DNA of 35,212 bases from Bacteroidaceae bacterium (lineage in GTDB: Bacteria > Bacteroidota > Bacteroidia > Bacteroidales > Bacteroidaceae). Below the pieces are notes generated by a model. That model was not told the DNA's origin and made no database searches. It saw only the letters and a list, made by a program, of their open reading frames with translations. The DNA lies in the NCBI GenBank assembly GCA_963637205.1, contig CAVHNA010000003.1, positions 1 through 35,212 on the forward strand. The letters run 5' to 3'. A program made the position numbers and the translations under genes. This document shows, piece after piece, positions 1 through 8,314 of this stretch. Every line of letters begins with the position of its first letter. Within the stretch, counting starts at the first letter, position 1.

Positions 1-123
1 GTGTTGGCGTTGGGAGGAGTCTCCTTCGACAAGATTCCGCTGGTGATGCGGATGGGCTTCGGCGGCGGCATGGTATTGGGTGACGCTTGGAGATTACAGT
101 GCGCCGCCACGGATGTAAATTAG
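1..123 (+). CDS. 3' end of a CDS cut by the window edge (product not assignable)
   Basis: Frame 1 is open from nt 1 to TAG at 121-123 (VLALGGVSFDKIPLVMRMGFGGGMVLGDAWRLQCAATDVN*). Codon usage resembles the neighbours. It is too short for a family call. Confidence 0.3.
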   Translation: MLALGGVSFDKIPLVMRMGFGGGMVLGDAWRLQCAATDVN

Positions 124-164
124 GAGATAATATATATAAGGTATAAACAATAAGTGTTGACTAT

Positions 165-2846
165 ATGTATCGCATAAAAATCACAGTCCTTATGGCAATA
201 TGTCTGACGTTGCCAATGTCTGCGAAGCAGAAGAAAAATCAGGGGACATGGGCTCCGAGAGTGGACAAGCCCTTGGTGCTGCCTGTGTCGCGTCCTTACA
301 CGCCCAAGGCGGGTCTGCAAGACCGGCACATCGCCATGTGGCAGAGTCACGGATGGTACTACGAGCAGAAGCTCAACAGGTGGGAGTGGCAGCGCGGCCG
401 TCTGCTGCAGACGGTGGAAGACCTCTACACGCAGAGCTACGTGTTGCCTTTCCTGGTGCCTATGCTTGAGAATGCTGGCGCCAACGTTCTGCTGCCTCGC
501 GAGAGGGACGTGTGCAATGTGGAACTGGTGATAGACAACGATGACGCCAACGGCACGGACGGGGTTTATTCCGAAGACACCGGATGGACGGATGGTGGCG
601 TAGGGTTCGCTCATCGCAAGAAGGTCTATGGCGACGACGACCGTCCTTTCTCCGACGGCACTTTCCGTCAGGCCACCACTGTCCGCAAAGGCGACGTGAG
701 TGTGGCCAAATGGACTCCTGTCGTTCCGCGTAAAGGGGAATATGCGGTATATGTCTCATACAGGACCGTGGAGGGTAGCGCCGAAGACGCTCTCTATACG
801 GTGAAACATCTTGGGGGAGAAACCAGTTTCCGTGTCAACCAGACCATGGGCGGAGGCACGTGGATTTACCTCGGCACATTCCTTTTTGACAAGGGGAGCC
901 ATCCTGACTGCTGCGTCACCCTGTCCAACATCTCACGCGACAAGGGCCGCATAGTCACTGCCGATGCGGTGAAGATAGGTGGCGGCATGGGCAACATAGC
1001 CAGAAACGGGCAGGAGAGCGGATACCCAAGGTTTACTGAGGGGGCCAGATACTGGTTGCAGTGGGCTGGCGCGCCAGACAGCGTATTCACTCCGTTCAAG
1101 GGAGAGAACGACTACGATGACGACTACTGCTCCCGTGCTCTGTGGGTCAACTGGCTCGGCGGCGGCTCCGACGTGCTCCCTGACCGTGAAGGACTGCACG
1201 TCCCTCTGGATATGAGCTTTGCGTTCCATACTGATGCCGGGCTTACGAAGAGCGATGCCACTATAGGTACGCTTATGATTTACGAGACAGAGACGGAAGG
1301 ACGTACCACATACGCCAACGGAGCTTCACGCGAACTGGCCGGACTCCTTGCCGACACCATACAGAAACAGATTCTTCACGACGTGCGCACTCTTCACGAG
1401 CCTACATGGAACGGACGCGGCATGTGGAACAAGGCATACTTCGAGGCTAGGGTTCCGGAGGTGCCGGCGGTATTGTTGGAACTGCTCTCACACCAGAACT
1501 TCGCCGATATGCGTTATGGACTGGACCCTCGTTTCCGCTTCACGGTGTCGCGTGCCATATACAAGGGTATACTTCGCTTCCTCAGCAAGCAGAGGAGACG
1601 CAAATGCGTGGTGCAGCCTCTTCCCGTTACGGCCATGAAGGTACGGATGGAGTCTGGCCTCAACGCCGTTGTAGAGTGGAAGCCTGTGCAGGACTCTCTG
1701 GAGAGTACGGCTACTCCCGACTCGTACGTAGTGTATGTTCGCAAGGACGACGGAGGATGGGACAACGGCAGTCTCGTGGAAGAACCTCGGTACGAGATGA
1801 AACTGGAGAAAGGACATGTCTATAGCTGGAAGGTTTGCGCCCTCAACGACGGCGGAGCCTCCTTCCCCGGCGAGATTCTCTCGGCCGGAATTCCTGCCGG
1901 ATGGACAGACGCTGACGGTATGGCGATGGTGGTCAACGGATTCCAGCGTGTCTCCGCTCCTGCCGACTTTTGTTTCATGACTACCGACAGCGTGCGCTTG
2001 GCAGGGTTCGTGGATACGGAAGACCATGGAGTGCCTTACATCAGGGACATCAGTTATATAGGTTCGCAGAAGGAGTTCAGATGCGCCATACCATGGGTTG
2101 ATGACGACGCTACCGGCTTTGGAGACAGCTACGCCGACTACGAGACTCAGGTGATAGCGGGCAACACGTTCGACTATCCTTTCATTCACGGCAAGGCTCT
2201 GATGTCAGCTGGTCTGGCGTTCGTCTCCTGTGGCAGTGAGGCTCTTGCGGATTCCGCGTTCTCCCTCGCTGGTTATTCCATGGTAGACCTTGTCCTCGGC
2301 AAGCAGTGCCAGACCAAGATGGGTAACGGCAAGCATCATCCCATGGAGTTCAAGACCTTCCCGCAGCATCTGCAAAAGGCTCTTGCCAAATACTTGCAAG
2401 CGGACGGGGGAAAGCTCTTCGCCAGTGGTGCTTTCATAGGTACAGACCTTTGGGCCAACAAGCTGGTGGATGCCGTGGAGGAGGACAAGACCTTCGCCAC
2501 GGAGGTACTGAAATACAGGTGGAGGGCAGGGCATGCCGACAGGTCGGGCAAGATAAAGTCGGTAAGCTCCACATACTCTGTGAAGGGCGCTGGCTATTCT
2601 TACGCCAACACGCCTAACACCGAGACGTACGTGGTGGAGGCTCCCGATGCCATAGAGCCTGCCTGTGCGGAGGCGATGACCACGCTCCGTTACTCGTCCA
2701 ACAACCTCAGTGCGGCTGTTGCGTATCGTGGAGACGATTATGCCACGTATATCATGGGACTTCCTTTCGAATCTATCAGTGGCGAGGATGAGAGAGCGTC
2801 ACTGATGAAGTCCGTGCTTGGCACTTTGGGGATAATCAAGAATTGA
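165..2846 (+). CDS. Secreted amidase-like protein with an inserted golvesin-C-terminal-like domain (this family is often auto-annotated 'xanthan lyase' or N-acetylmuramoyl-L-alanine amidase)
   Basis: 893-aa ORF with an ATG start and an N-terminal signal-like segment (ITVLMAICLTLPMSA). GEYAVYVSYRTVEGSAEDALYTVKHLGGETSFRVNQTMGGGTWIYLGTF matches the golvesin C-terminal-like pattern. The flanking segments (HIAMWQSHG, FAFHTDAG, LLELLSHQN) resemble a split Zn-amidase fold. The family call comes from memory of motifs only. Confidence 0.6.
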   Translation: MYRIKITVLMAICLTLPMSAKQKKNQGTWAPRVDKPLVLPVSRPYTPKAGLQDRHIAMWQSHGWYYEQKLNRWEWQRGRLLQTVEDLYTQSYVLPFLVPMLENAGANVLLPRERDVCNVELVIDNDDANGTDGVYSEDTGWTDGGVGFAHRKKVYGDDDRPFSDGTFRQATTVRKGDVSVAKWTPVVPRKGEYAVYVSYRTVEGSAEDALYTVKHLGGETSFRVNQTMGGGTWIYLGTFLFDKGSHPDCCVTLSNISRDKGRIVTADAVKIGGGMGNIARNGQESGYPRFTEGARYWLQWAGAPDSVFTPFKGENDYDDDYCSRALWVNWLGGGSDVLPDREGLHVPLDMSFAFHTDAGLTKSDATIGTLMIYETETEGRTTYANGASRELAGLLADTIQKQILHDVRTLHEPTWNGRGMWNKAYFEARVPEVPAVLLELLSHQNFADMRYGLDPRFRFTVSRAIYKGILRFLSKQRRRKCVVQPLPVTAMKVRMESGLNAVVEWKPVQDSLESTATPDSYVVYVRKDDGGWDNGSLVEEPRYEMKLEKGHVYSWKVCALNDGGASFPGEILSAGIPAGWTDADGMAMVVNGFQRVSAPADFCFMTTDSVRLAGFVDTEDHGVPYIRDISYIGSQKEFRCAIPWVDDDATGFGDSYADYETQVIAGNTFDYPFIHGKALMSAGLAFVSCGSEALADSAFSLAGYSMVDLVLGKQCQTKMGNGKHHPMEFKTFPQHLQKALAKYLQADGGKLFASGAFIGTDLWANKLVDAVEEDKTFATEVLKYRWRAGHADRSGKIKSVSSTYSVKGAGYSYANTPNTETYVVEAPDAIEPACAEAMTTLRYSSNNLSAAVAYRGDDYATYIMGLPFESISGEDERASLMKSVLGTLGIIKN

Positions 2847-3760
2847 TGGAAGGAGAAACGGATATATTTCGGAGGCCCGTATGGGTCTCCGTCTTCGCTA
2901 CGACCGCCGCCATAGCGTGGGGATGGGCTTATCCGCTCATCAAGTTGGGCTTTGCCGAATTTGCAATCACGCCCGAGATGACCGGCAGCAAGATGGTCTT
3001 TGCCGGTGTGCGTTTCTGCTTCGCCGGTCTCGTCATACTCGCTCTGGCTCTTAGGCAGAAGAGGAGCTTCGCCGTACGCAAGTCGCACGACTGGTGGTTC
3101 ATCCTCGTCTTCACCATGCTCAACACCACTCTGCATTATGCCTTCTTCTACTTCGGCCTCTCGCACAGCGTTGGAGCGAGAGCCGCCATACTCAACTCGC
3201 TGGGGGTGTTCACCGTGGTGATTTTCGCCTGCGTCTTTTTCCCGAGCGACCGCTTCAATGTCCACAAGGTTGTCGGGTGTATAGTCGGGTTCACAGGTAT
3301 CATGGCACTCAACATGGGCAGTGAGCAGAGCGGAAGGTTTACATGGCAGGGCGACGGCTTCATCATCCTCAATGCTCTCTGTAGCGCCAGCGCTTCGCTT
3401 CTCACGAGGGGGCTTGGCAAGAGGGTCGACATATATTCGGGCACAGGCTACAGCCTTTCGTTCGGGGGACTCATGCTCCTTGTGGCCGGTTTGGCCATAG
3501 GCGGCACGTTGCCGCGGGTTACGACGGTGGGGATTGCCTACCTTCTGCTTCTCATCGCCATCTCGGCGTTGGGGTTCGCCCTGTACAACCGGCTAATCAT
3601 GTGCAATCCTATAGGTAAGGTGGCGATATACAACTCGTTCATCCCCGTCGTGGGAGCCATCACTTCCTGCATGTGTCTTCACGAGACGTTCTACTGGAAA
3701 TACCTTGTGGCAGCCACCCTCGCCACGGTGGGTATTTACCTTGTGAATATGAAGAGGTAG
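2846..3760 (+). CDS. EamA/DMT-superfamily permease
   Basis: The ORF is hydrophobic throughout with about 10 predicted TM helices in two similar halves. The N-terminus has the typical IAWGWAYPLIKLG. The ATG at 2846 overlaps the upstream TGA (TGATG). The track start at 2843 is a TTG one codon earlier. Confidence 0.8.
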   Translation: MEGETDIFRRPVWVSVFATTAAIAWGWAYPLIKLGFAEFAITPEMTGSKMVFAGVRFCFAGLVILALALRQKRSFAVRKSHDWWFILVFTMLNTTLHYAFFYFGLSHSVGARAAILNSLGVFTVVIFACVFFPSDRFNVHKVVGCIVGFTGIMALNMGSEQSGRFTWQGDGFIILNALCSASASLLTRGLGKRVDIYSGTGYSLSFGGLMLLVAGLAIGGTLPRVTTVGIAYLLLLIAISALGFALYNRLIMCNPIGKVAIYNSFIPVVGAITSCMCLHETFYWKYLVAATLATVGIYLVNMKR

Positions 3761-3847
3761 GCATGACGTGGTTGCCGTTTTGGCGTTGATTGTTGCCCGG
3801 AGAAGCATTTTTCCCTTGAAAAGGACTCCTATCTCACGCTAATTTGT

Positions 3848-3855
3848 TACCTTTG
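3848..3855 (+). promoter_or_regulatory. Bacteroidota -7 promoter box (TACCTTTG = TAnnTTTG) for the epimerase gene
   Basis: Exact match to the TAnnTTTG consensus, 24 nt upstream of the ATG at 3879. No clear -33 TTTG at the expected spacing. Confidence 0.5.
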
Positions 3856-3878
3856 CGGACAGAAGAAAAACTACGACA

Positions 3879-4934
3879 ATGGTAGAGTATAACGTAAATC
3901 TTGAGGGCAAGACTGTCCTCGTCACCGGTGCCGCCGGCTTCATAGGCAGCAACCTCGTAAAACGTCTTTTCCGCGACGTGCGTGACATACGTGTGATAGG
4001 GGTCGACTCTATTACCGACTACTACGATGTAAATATCAAATACGAACGTCTGAAGGAGATAGAGTCGCTGGGGCGCGACTGGACTTTTGTCCGTGCTTCC
4101 ATAGCGGACAAGGATGCGGTTGAGAAGATATTCACGGAGAACGGCATCGCTGTCGTCGTCAACCTCGCCGCCCAGGCTGGCGTACGTTACAGCATCACCA
4201 ACCCCGACGCTTATATCCAGAGCAATCTCATCGGGTTCTACAACATTCTCGAGGCTTGCCGTCACCATGAGGTTGAACACCTTGTCTATGCCTCTTCGTC
4301 ATCGGTATATGGCAGCAACAAGAAAGTGCCCTACTCCACCGACGACAAGGTGGACAATCCCGTCAGTCTCTATGCGGCCACCAAGAAGAGCAACGAGCTT
4401 ATGGCGCACGCCTACTCCAAGCTCTACAACATTCCGTCCACAGGCCTTCGCTTCTTCACCGTCTACGGTCCTGCGGGTCGCCCTGACATGGCGTACTTCG
4501 GGTTTACCGACAAGCTCGTCAAGGGCGAGACCATCAGGATTTTCAACTACGGCAACTGCAAGCGTGACTTCACGTATGTGGACGATATCGTAGAGGGCGT
4601 GGTTCGTGTCATGCAACACGCTCCGGAGAAACGGAACGGCGAGGACGGGCTTCCCGTACCTCCTTATATGGTGTATAACATAGGCAACAACTCCCCCGAG
4701 AACCTTCTCGACTTCGTGGACATCCTTCAGGAGGAGCTTGTACGTGCCGGCGTCCTTGCGGCGGACTACGACTTCGAGTCGCACAAGGAGCTTGTTCCCA
4801 TGCAGCCGGGCGACGTGCCTGTGACGTATGCCGACACCACGCCTCTTGAGCGTGATTTCGGTTTCAAACCTTCCACTCCTCTGCGCCAAGGGCTTAGGGC
4901 TTTCGCCGAGTGGTATAAAAAGTACCGCGGGTAA
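3879..4934 (+). CDS. NAD-dependent extended-SDR sugar-nucleotide epimerase (UDP-glucuronate 4-epimerase-like)
   Basis: GAAGFIGS Rossmann motif at the N-terminus, ASSSSVYG, and the catalytic YxxxK (YAATKKSNE). Length is 351 aa. The overall pattern is that of Cap1J/UDP-GlcA 4-epimerase-type enzymes. Confidence 0.85.
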   Translation: MVEYNVNLEGKTVLVTGAAGFIGSNLVKRLFRDVRDIRVIGVDSITDYYDVNIKYERLKEIESLGRDWTFVRASIADKDAVEKIFTENGIAVVVNLAAQAGVRYSITNPDAYIQSNLIGFYNILEACRHHEVEHLVYASSSSVYGSNKKVPYSTDDKVDNPVSLYAATKKSNELMAHAYSKLYNIPSTGLRFFTVYGPAGRPDMAYFGFTDKLVKGETIRIFNYGNCKRDFTYVDDIVEGVVRVMQHAPEKRNGEDGLPVPPYMVYNIGNNSPENLLDFVDILQEELVRAGVLAADYDFESHKELVPMQPGDVPVTYADTTPLERDFGFKPSTPLRQGLRAFAEWYKKYRG

Positions 4935-4946
4935 TCCCGCGGTACT
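4921..4946. terminator. Perfect 11-bp-stem hairpin between convergent genes (candidate bidirectional terminator)
   Basis: AGTACCGCGGG-TAAT-CCCGCGGTACT. The loop contains the epimerase TAA stop. It lies between the convergent 3879..4934(+) and 4972..5841(-). There is no U-tract, so its strength as an intrinsic terminator is uncertain. Confidence 0.45.
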
Positions 4947-4971
4947 GACCGTTTCCTTCCTTCTCTGACTG

Positions 4972-5841
4972 TCAGAATTCCAAGTCCGCCCAGTGCGGAT
5001 TGTGGTCGGAGAGGTGTGCGTCGTAGTGTGGCGGTTCTATGTGCGTCCTTTCCACATGTATGCCTGGCGTGATGAAGATGAAGTCTATCTTGCCGCATTT
5101 AAGGGGATGTATCTTCCCGAAGTCGTGGAACGTGAAAGTAGTACCCGTGTGGTGCAGCGACCGGTGGTAAGCGTCGTACATACGGAAGGGACTGCTTACC
5201 ATCGTCTGGTACGCCTCGTTGCTTTCCTCCACGTTGAAGTCTCCTGTCACCACGGCTGGCTTGTCACCCACTATCTCTTGTATCTTCTTCATGATGAGCA
5301 GCGCGCTCTGCTTGCGCGCCTCCACGCCCACGTGGTCGAAGTGTGTGTTCACCGCCATGAATATCTTGCCTGTGGCCTTGTCACGCAACTTGACGTAGCT
5401 GGCTATCCTCTCCAGCGCCGCGTCCCATCCCTTGCTGCCTGGCACGTCGGGGGTCTCGCTTAGCCAGAAATTGCCTTTCTCCAGAGCTTCGTATTTGTCT
5501 TTGCGGAAAAAGACGGGACTGTACTCTCCCTTTGTCTTGCCGTCTGTCCTGCCTACGCCCACATAGTCGTATTCCGGTAGGCGTTCCACAAGGTCCAGCA
5601 ACTGTGGGTGCGTCACCTCCTGCATTCCCACCACGTCTATATTGTTGTTTTTCACGTATTGGGCTATGCGGTCTTTACGTACGTCCCATCCCACACCTTG
5701 CTTGGCGTCGTTGTCGTTCTTGTACCTTACATTGAAGGTTCCCCATCTTATATCAGCCTTGACTTCTGCCTTTGACGGCTTTGCGGTCAGTAAGGCTGGC
5801 AGCAGCAGTGCCGCCAAACCAAGAAAAACTCTTCTTCTCAT
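4972..5841 (-). CDS. Secreted endonuclease/exonuclease/phosphatase (EEP) family protein
   Basis: Signal peptide (MRRRVFLGLAALLLPALLTA). EEP motifs are present in order: GMQEV, NTHFDHVG, TGDFNV, LSDHNP. Confidence 0.85.
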   Translation of the reverse strand: MRRRVFLGLAALLLPALLTAKPSKAEVKADIRWGTFNVRYKNDNDAKQGVGWDVRKDRIAQYVKNNNIDVVGMQEVTHPQLLDLVERLPEYDYVGVGRTDGKTKGEYSPVFFRKDKYEALEKGNFWLSETPDVPGSKGWDAALERIASYVKLRDKATGKIFMAVNTHFDHVGVEARKQSALLIMKKIQEIVGDKPAVVTGDFNVEESNEAYQTMVSSPFRMYDAYHRSLHHTGTTFTFHDFGKIHPLKCGKIDFIFITPGIHVERTHIEPPHYDAHLSDHNPHWADLEF

Positions 5842-5972
5842 ACTTTACTTATTGTTAGGTTCGTTATTCCTTATACATTATAATATATATACGTTCATCT
5901 CATGCGAAGTTAGGACTTTTGTCCGGATTATGGAAGCAAACGGTTGGATAAGTGTGAAAAAATGTTGTTTTG

Positions 5973-6004
5973 TTTGCCGAAAGGCAATATAATGACTAAC
6001 TTTG
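5973..6004 (+). promoter_or_regulatory. Bacteroidota promoter: -33 TTTG (5973-5976) and -7 TAACTTTG (5997-6004)
   Basis: Both consensus elements are present with a 20-nt spacer, 21 nt upstream of the ATG at 6025. Confidence 0.6.
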
Positions 6005-6024
6005 GAACGTAAAAAGGAGGGATT

Positions 6025-7164
6025 ATGGCTATGCGCGCGGAAAAGAAGTATAAGCAGGTTAAGGACGATGCCCGACTGGCGGAAGTCCTGAGTAGCGAGG
6101 TCACGGAACTAAGGCACATGGCGTTCCAGTGTGTCAACATGACCGCCGACTCTGAGGCGGCTCTTGCCCATACTTATAGGGACTGCTTGTTCGTCGACTG
6201 TACGCTGCCCATGGGACTCAAACGTCAATCGTCCGACTGCCTTTTCCTGCCTGACATGGGCGAGCTGTTTCACTACCGCAGCCGCCTCTACTCTCCCGAA
6301 GAGCTGTACGAAGGGTATGACCCGTCGCGCCCGGGCACTTACGACAAGTGCTACGACGGCATGGTCTACCGGCACTATCTGCGGAAAGGTAAGCGTGAAA
6401 GCGACGTGAAGGAGACTCTCGCACGCTGTCTGCACGACCATAGCATCAGCGACTGCTTGTACGACTTCCTCTCGGAGTATGATGAGCATCGTCTCATAGG
6501 CGTGATGGGAGGTCATGGACTGGCACGTACCGACGACGACTACCGTCAGATAGCCCGACTGTCCAAGCGTCTCACGGAGGACGGCTTCCTCATGGTCACC
6601 GGCGGCGGTCCGGGGGCTATGGAGGCCACACACCTTGGAGCGTGGATGGCGGGTCGTACGGAAGGGGAGTTGGACGAGGCATGGCGTATGCTGCATGCGG
6701 CGCCCACCTTCAACGACGGAGGATGGCTGGAGACGGCGTGGCAGGTGCACGACAAGTTCCCTCAGACTGAATACCGAAGCCTTGGCGTTCCCACGTGGCT
6801 CTACGGGCATGAGCCTTCCACCCCGCTCGCCACGCACATAGCCAAATATTTCGACAACAGCATACGCGAGGACGGTATTCTCAACATCGCCAAAGGCGGT
6901 ATCATATATACTCCTGGCAGTGCCGGCACGTTGCAGGAGATATTTCAGGAGGCTGTGCAGAACCACTACCTCACGTTCGGGTACTCCAGTCCCATGATAT
7001 TCTTTGGGGAACATTTCTGGACGAAAGAGGTTCCGGTGTGGACTCTCATAAACAGGCTTTTGGAGAAAGGCAAGTACAAGAACTTGCTGCTCACGCTCAC
7101 GGATTCGCTCGACGAGGTGGAGAGGGTGCTCAAGGTGTCATCTTCAGAGCGTCAGCCACACTGA
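6025..7164 (+). CDS. LOG/PpnN-like (TIGR00730-type Rossmann) nucleotide 5'-monophosphate nucleosidase family protein with a ~150-aa N-terminal extension
   Basis: GGGPGAMEA and a PGSAGTLQEIFQE (PGGxGTxxE-like) motif lie in the C-terminal ~230 aa. The N-terminal ~150 aa is Cys/Leu-rich and I do not recognise it. Confidence 0.65.
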   Translation: MAMRAEKKYKQVKDDARLAEVLSSEVTELRHMAFQCVNMTADSEAALAHTYRDCLFVDCTLPMGLKRQSSDCLFLPDMGELFHYRSRLYSPEELYEGYDPSRPGTYDKCYDGMVYRHYLRKGKRESDVKETLARCLHDHSISDCLYDFLSEYDEHRLIGVMGGHGLARTDDDYRQIARLSKRLTEDGFLMVTGGGPGAMEATHLGAWMAGRTEGELDEAWRMLHAAPTFNDGGWLETAWQVHDKFPQTEYRSLGVPTWLYGHEPSTPLATHIAKYFDNSIREDGILNIAKGGIIYTPGSAGTLQEIFQEAVQNHYLTFGYSSPMIFFGEHFWTKEVPVWTLINRLLEKGKYKNLLLTLTDSLDEVERVLKVSSSERQPH

Positions 7165-8314
7165 TTGGCTTGCCTCCCACGTGAGCCACTATGAAGGCGC
7201 CGGGGAACTTGTCCTTTATCTTTTCCTTAGTCTTCTGCGCCTGCTTGTAGTCTGTGGTACCACCGTACAGGCCTTTGTACATGTTGCCGTCTTTGACGAA
7301 CGTCACTGGCGAGAGCCCCTTCAGTCGCGGGTCTTCACACGACACTTCCTTGCTTACCGCCACTATCTGTATGCTGTACACCGGTATCGAGAGTTGCCGC
7401 GTCTCGCTTTCCTGCGGTTGTCCTTCCGCCTTTTCCGTTGTGATGGTGTCCGTTTCTTCTTCTTGTGTTTCCACGGCCTCCGCCGTAGCGACTGCCAGTT
7501 CATTCTCTTCTTCTGCCGCCGTTTCCTTCGGAGCTTCTCCTTTCCTCATGCGTCGGTATGCCCCGGCGACGCTTAGCCGGAAACCGTCCACTCCGCTTTT
7601 AGCGTTTCCGCTGTTGCGTAGCTTTGTCAGCGTCTGCCCCTGTGTCTTGGCTTGTGTAGTGGCGTAGTACTCCATCAGGGCGTTGAAGATGTTGGTAGCT
7701 ATCTCATTCTTGCCCTCCTTGTTCGTCAGGTATGTCGCGTCTTCCATGTTGCTCAAAAATCCTGTCTCGGTGAGTACGGCGGGCATGTTGGTGTTCTGGC
7801 AGACGTACAGCTTTTTCTTCCTCGCCCCTCTCATGCTCGGACGTTCGCTCTCCATGTAGTTCTTCTGGATGAGACGTGCCAGCAGCTCGCTCCTGTCCAC
7901 AGTTCTGCTCAGCGACCCGCTTCTCACCGTGTTGCGCGTCTGCCGTATGTCGGCGTAGAAGGTCTCCGTGCCGGACATCATGCGGTTGGGTGCGGAGTTG
8001 ACGTGTATACTTAGGAAGAGGTCTGCGTTGGCTCTGTTGGCTTTCTTGCATCTGTCTTCCAGTGACACGAATCTGTCGTCGGTTCTGGTCATTATCACCT
8101 TGATGCCGGGTTTGTGCTTCGCCAGCAGGTCTTTCACCTTCATGGCTATGTCCAGGTTGATGTCTTTCTCCAGGTCTCCGTTGAACGACGTGCCTTGGTC
8201 TTTCCCTCCGTGGCCGGCGTCTATCACCCACACCAGCGGACGCAGGCTGCGCCCTTGGCATATCGCCGCCAGGAGTATCAGCGGGAACAGCAGGAATATC
8301 CGTTTCATCGTCAT
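7130..8314 (-). CDS. N-acetylmuramoyl-L-alanine amidase (Amidase_3) with a C-terminal SPOR-like domain
   Basis: Signal peptide; IDAGHGGKDQG, SIHVNS and LTETGFLSN amidase_3 motifs. A low-complexity E/T/A linker is followed by a ~75-aa SPOR-like end (YSIQIVAVSKEV...FPGAFIVAHVGG). The ATG overlaps the mfd stop (ATGA). Confidence 0.85.
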   Translation of the reverse strand: MTMKRIFLLFPLILLAAICQGRSLRPLVWVIDAGHGGKDQGTSFNGDLEKDINLDIAMKVKDLLAKHKPGIKVIMTRTDDRFVSLEDRCKKANRANADLFLSIHVNSAPNRMMSGTETFYADIRQTRNTVRSGSLSRTVDRSELLARLIQKNYMESERPSMRGARKKKLYVCQNTNMPAVLTETGFLSNMEDATYLTNKEGKNEIATNIFNALMEYYATTQAKTQGQTLTKLRNSGNAKSGVDGFRLSVAGAYRRMRKGEAPKETAAEEENELAVATAEAVETQEEETDTITTEKAEGQPQESETRQLSIPVYSIQIVAVSKEVSCEDPRLKGLSPVTFVKDGNMYKGLYGGTTDYKQAQKTKEKIKDKFPGAFIVAHVGGKPISVADALKMTP

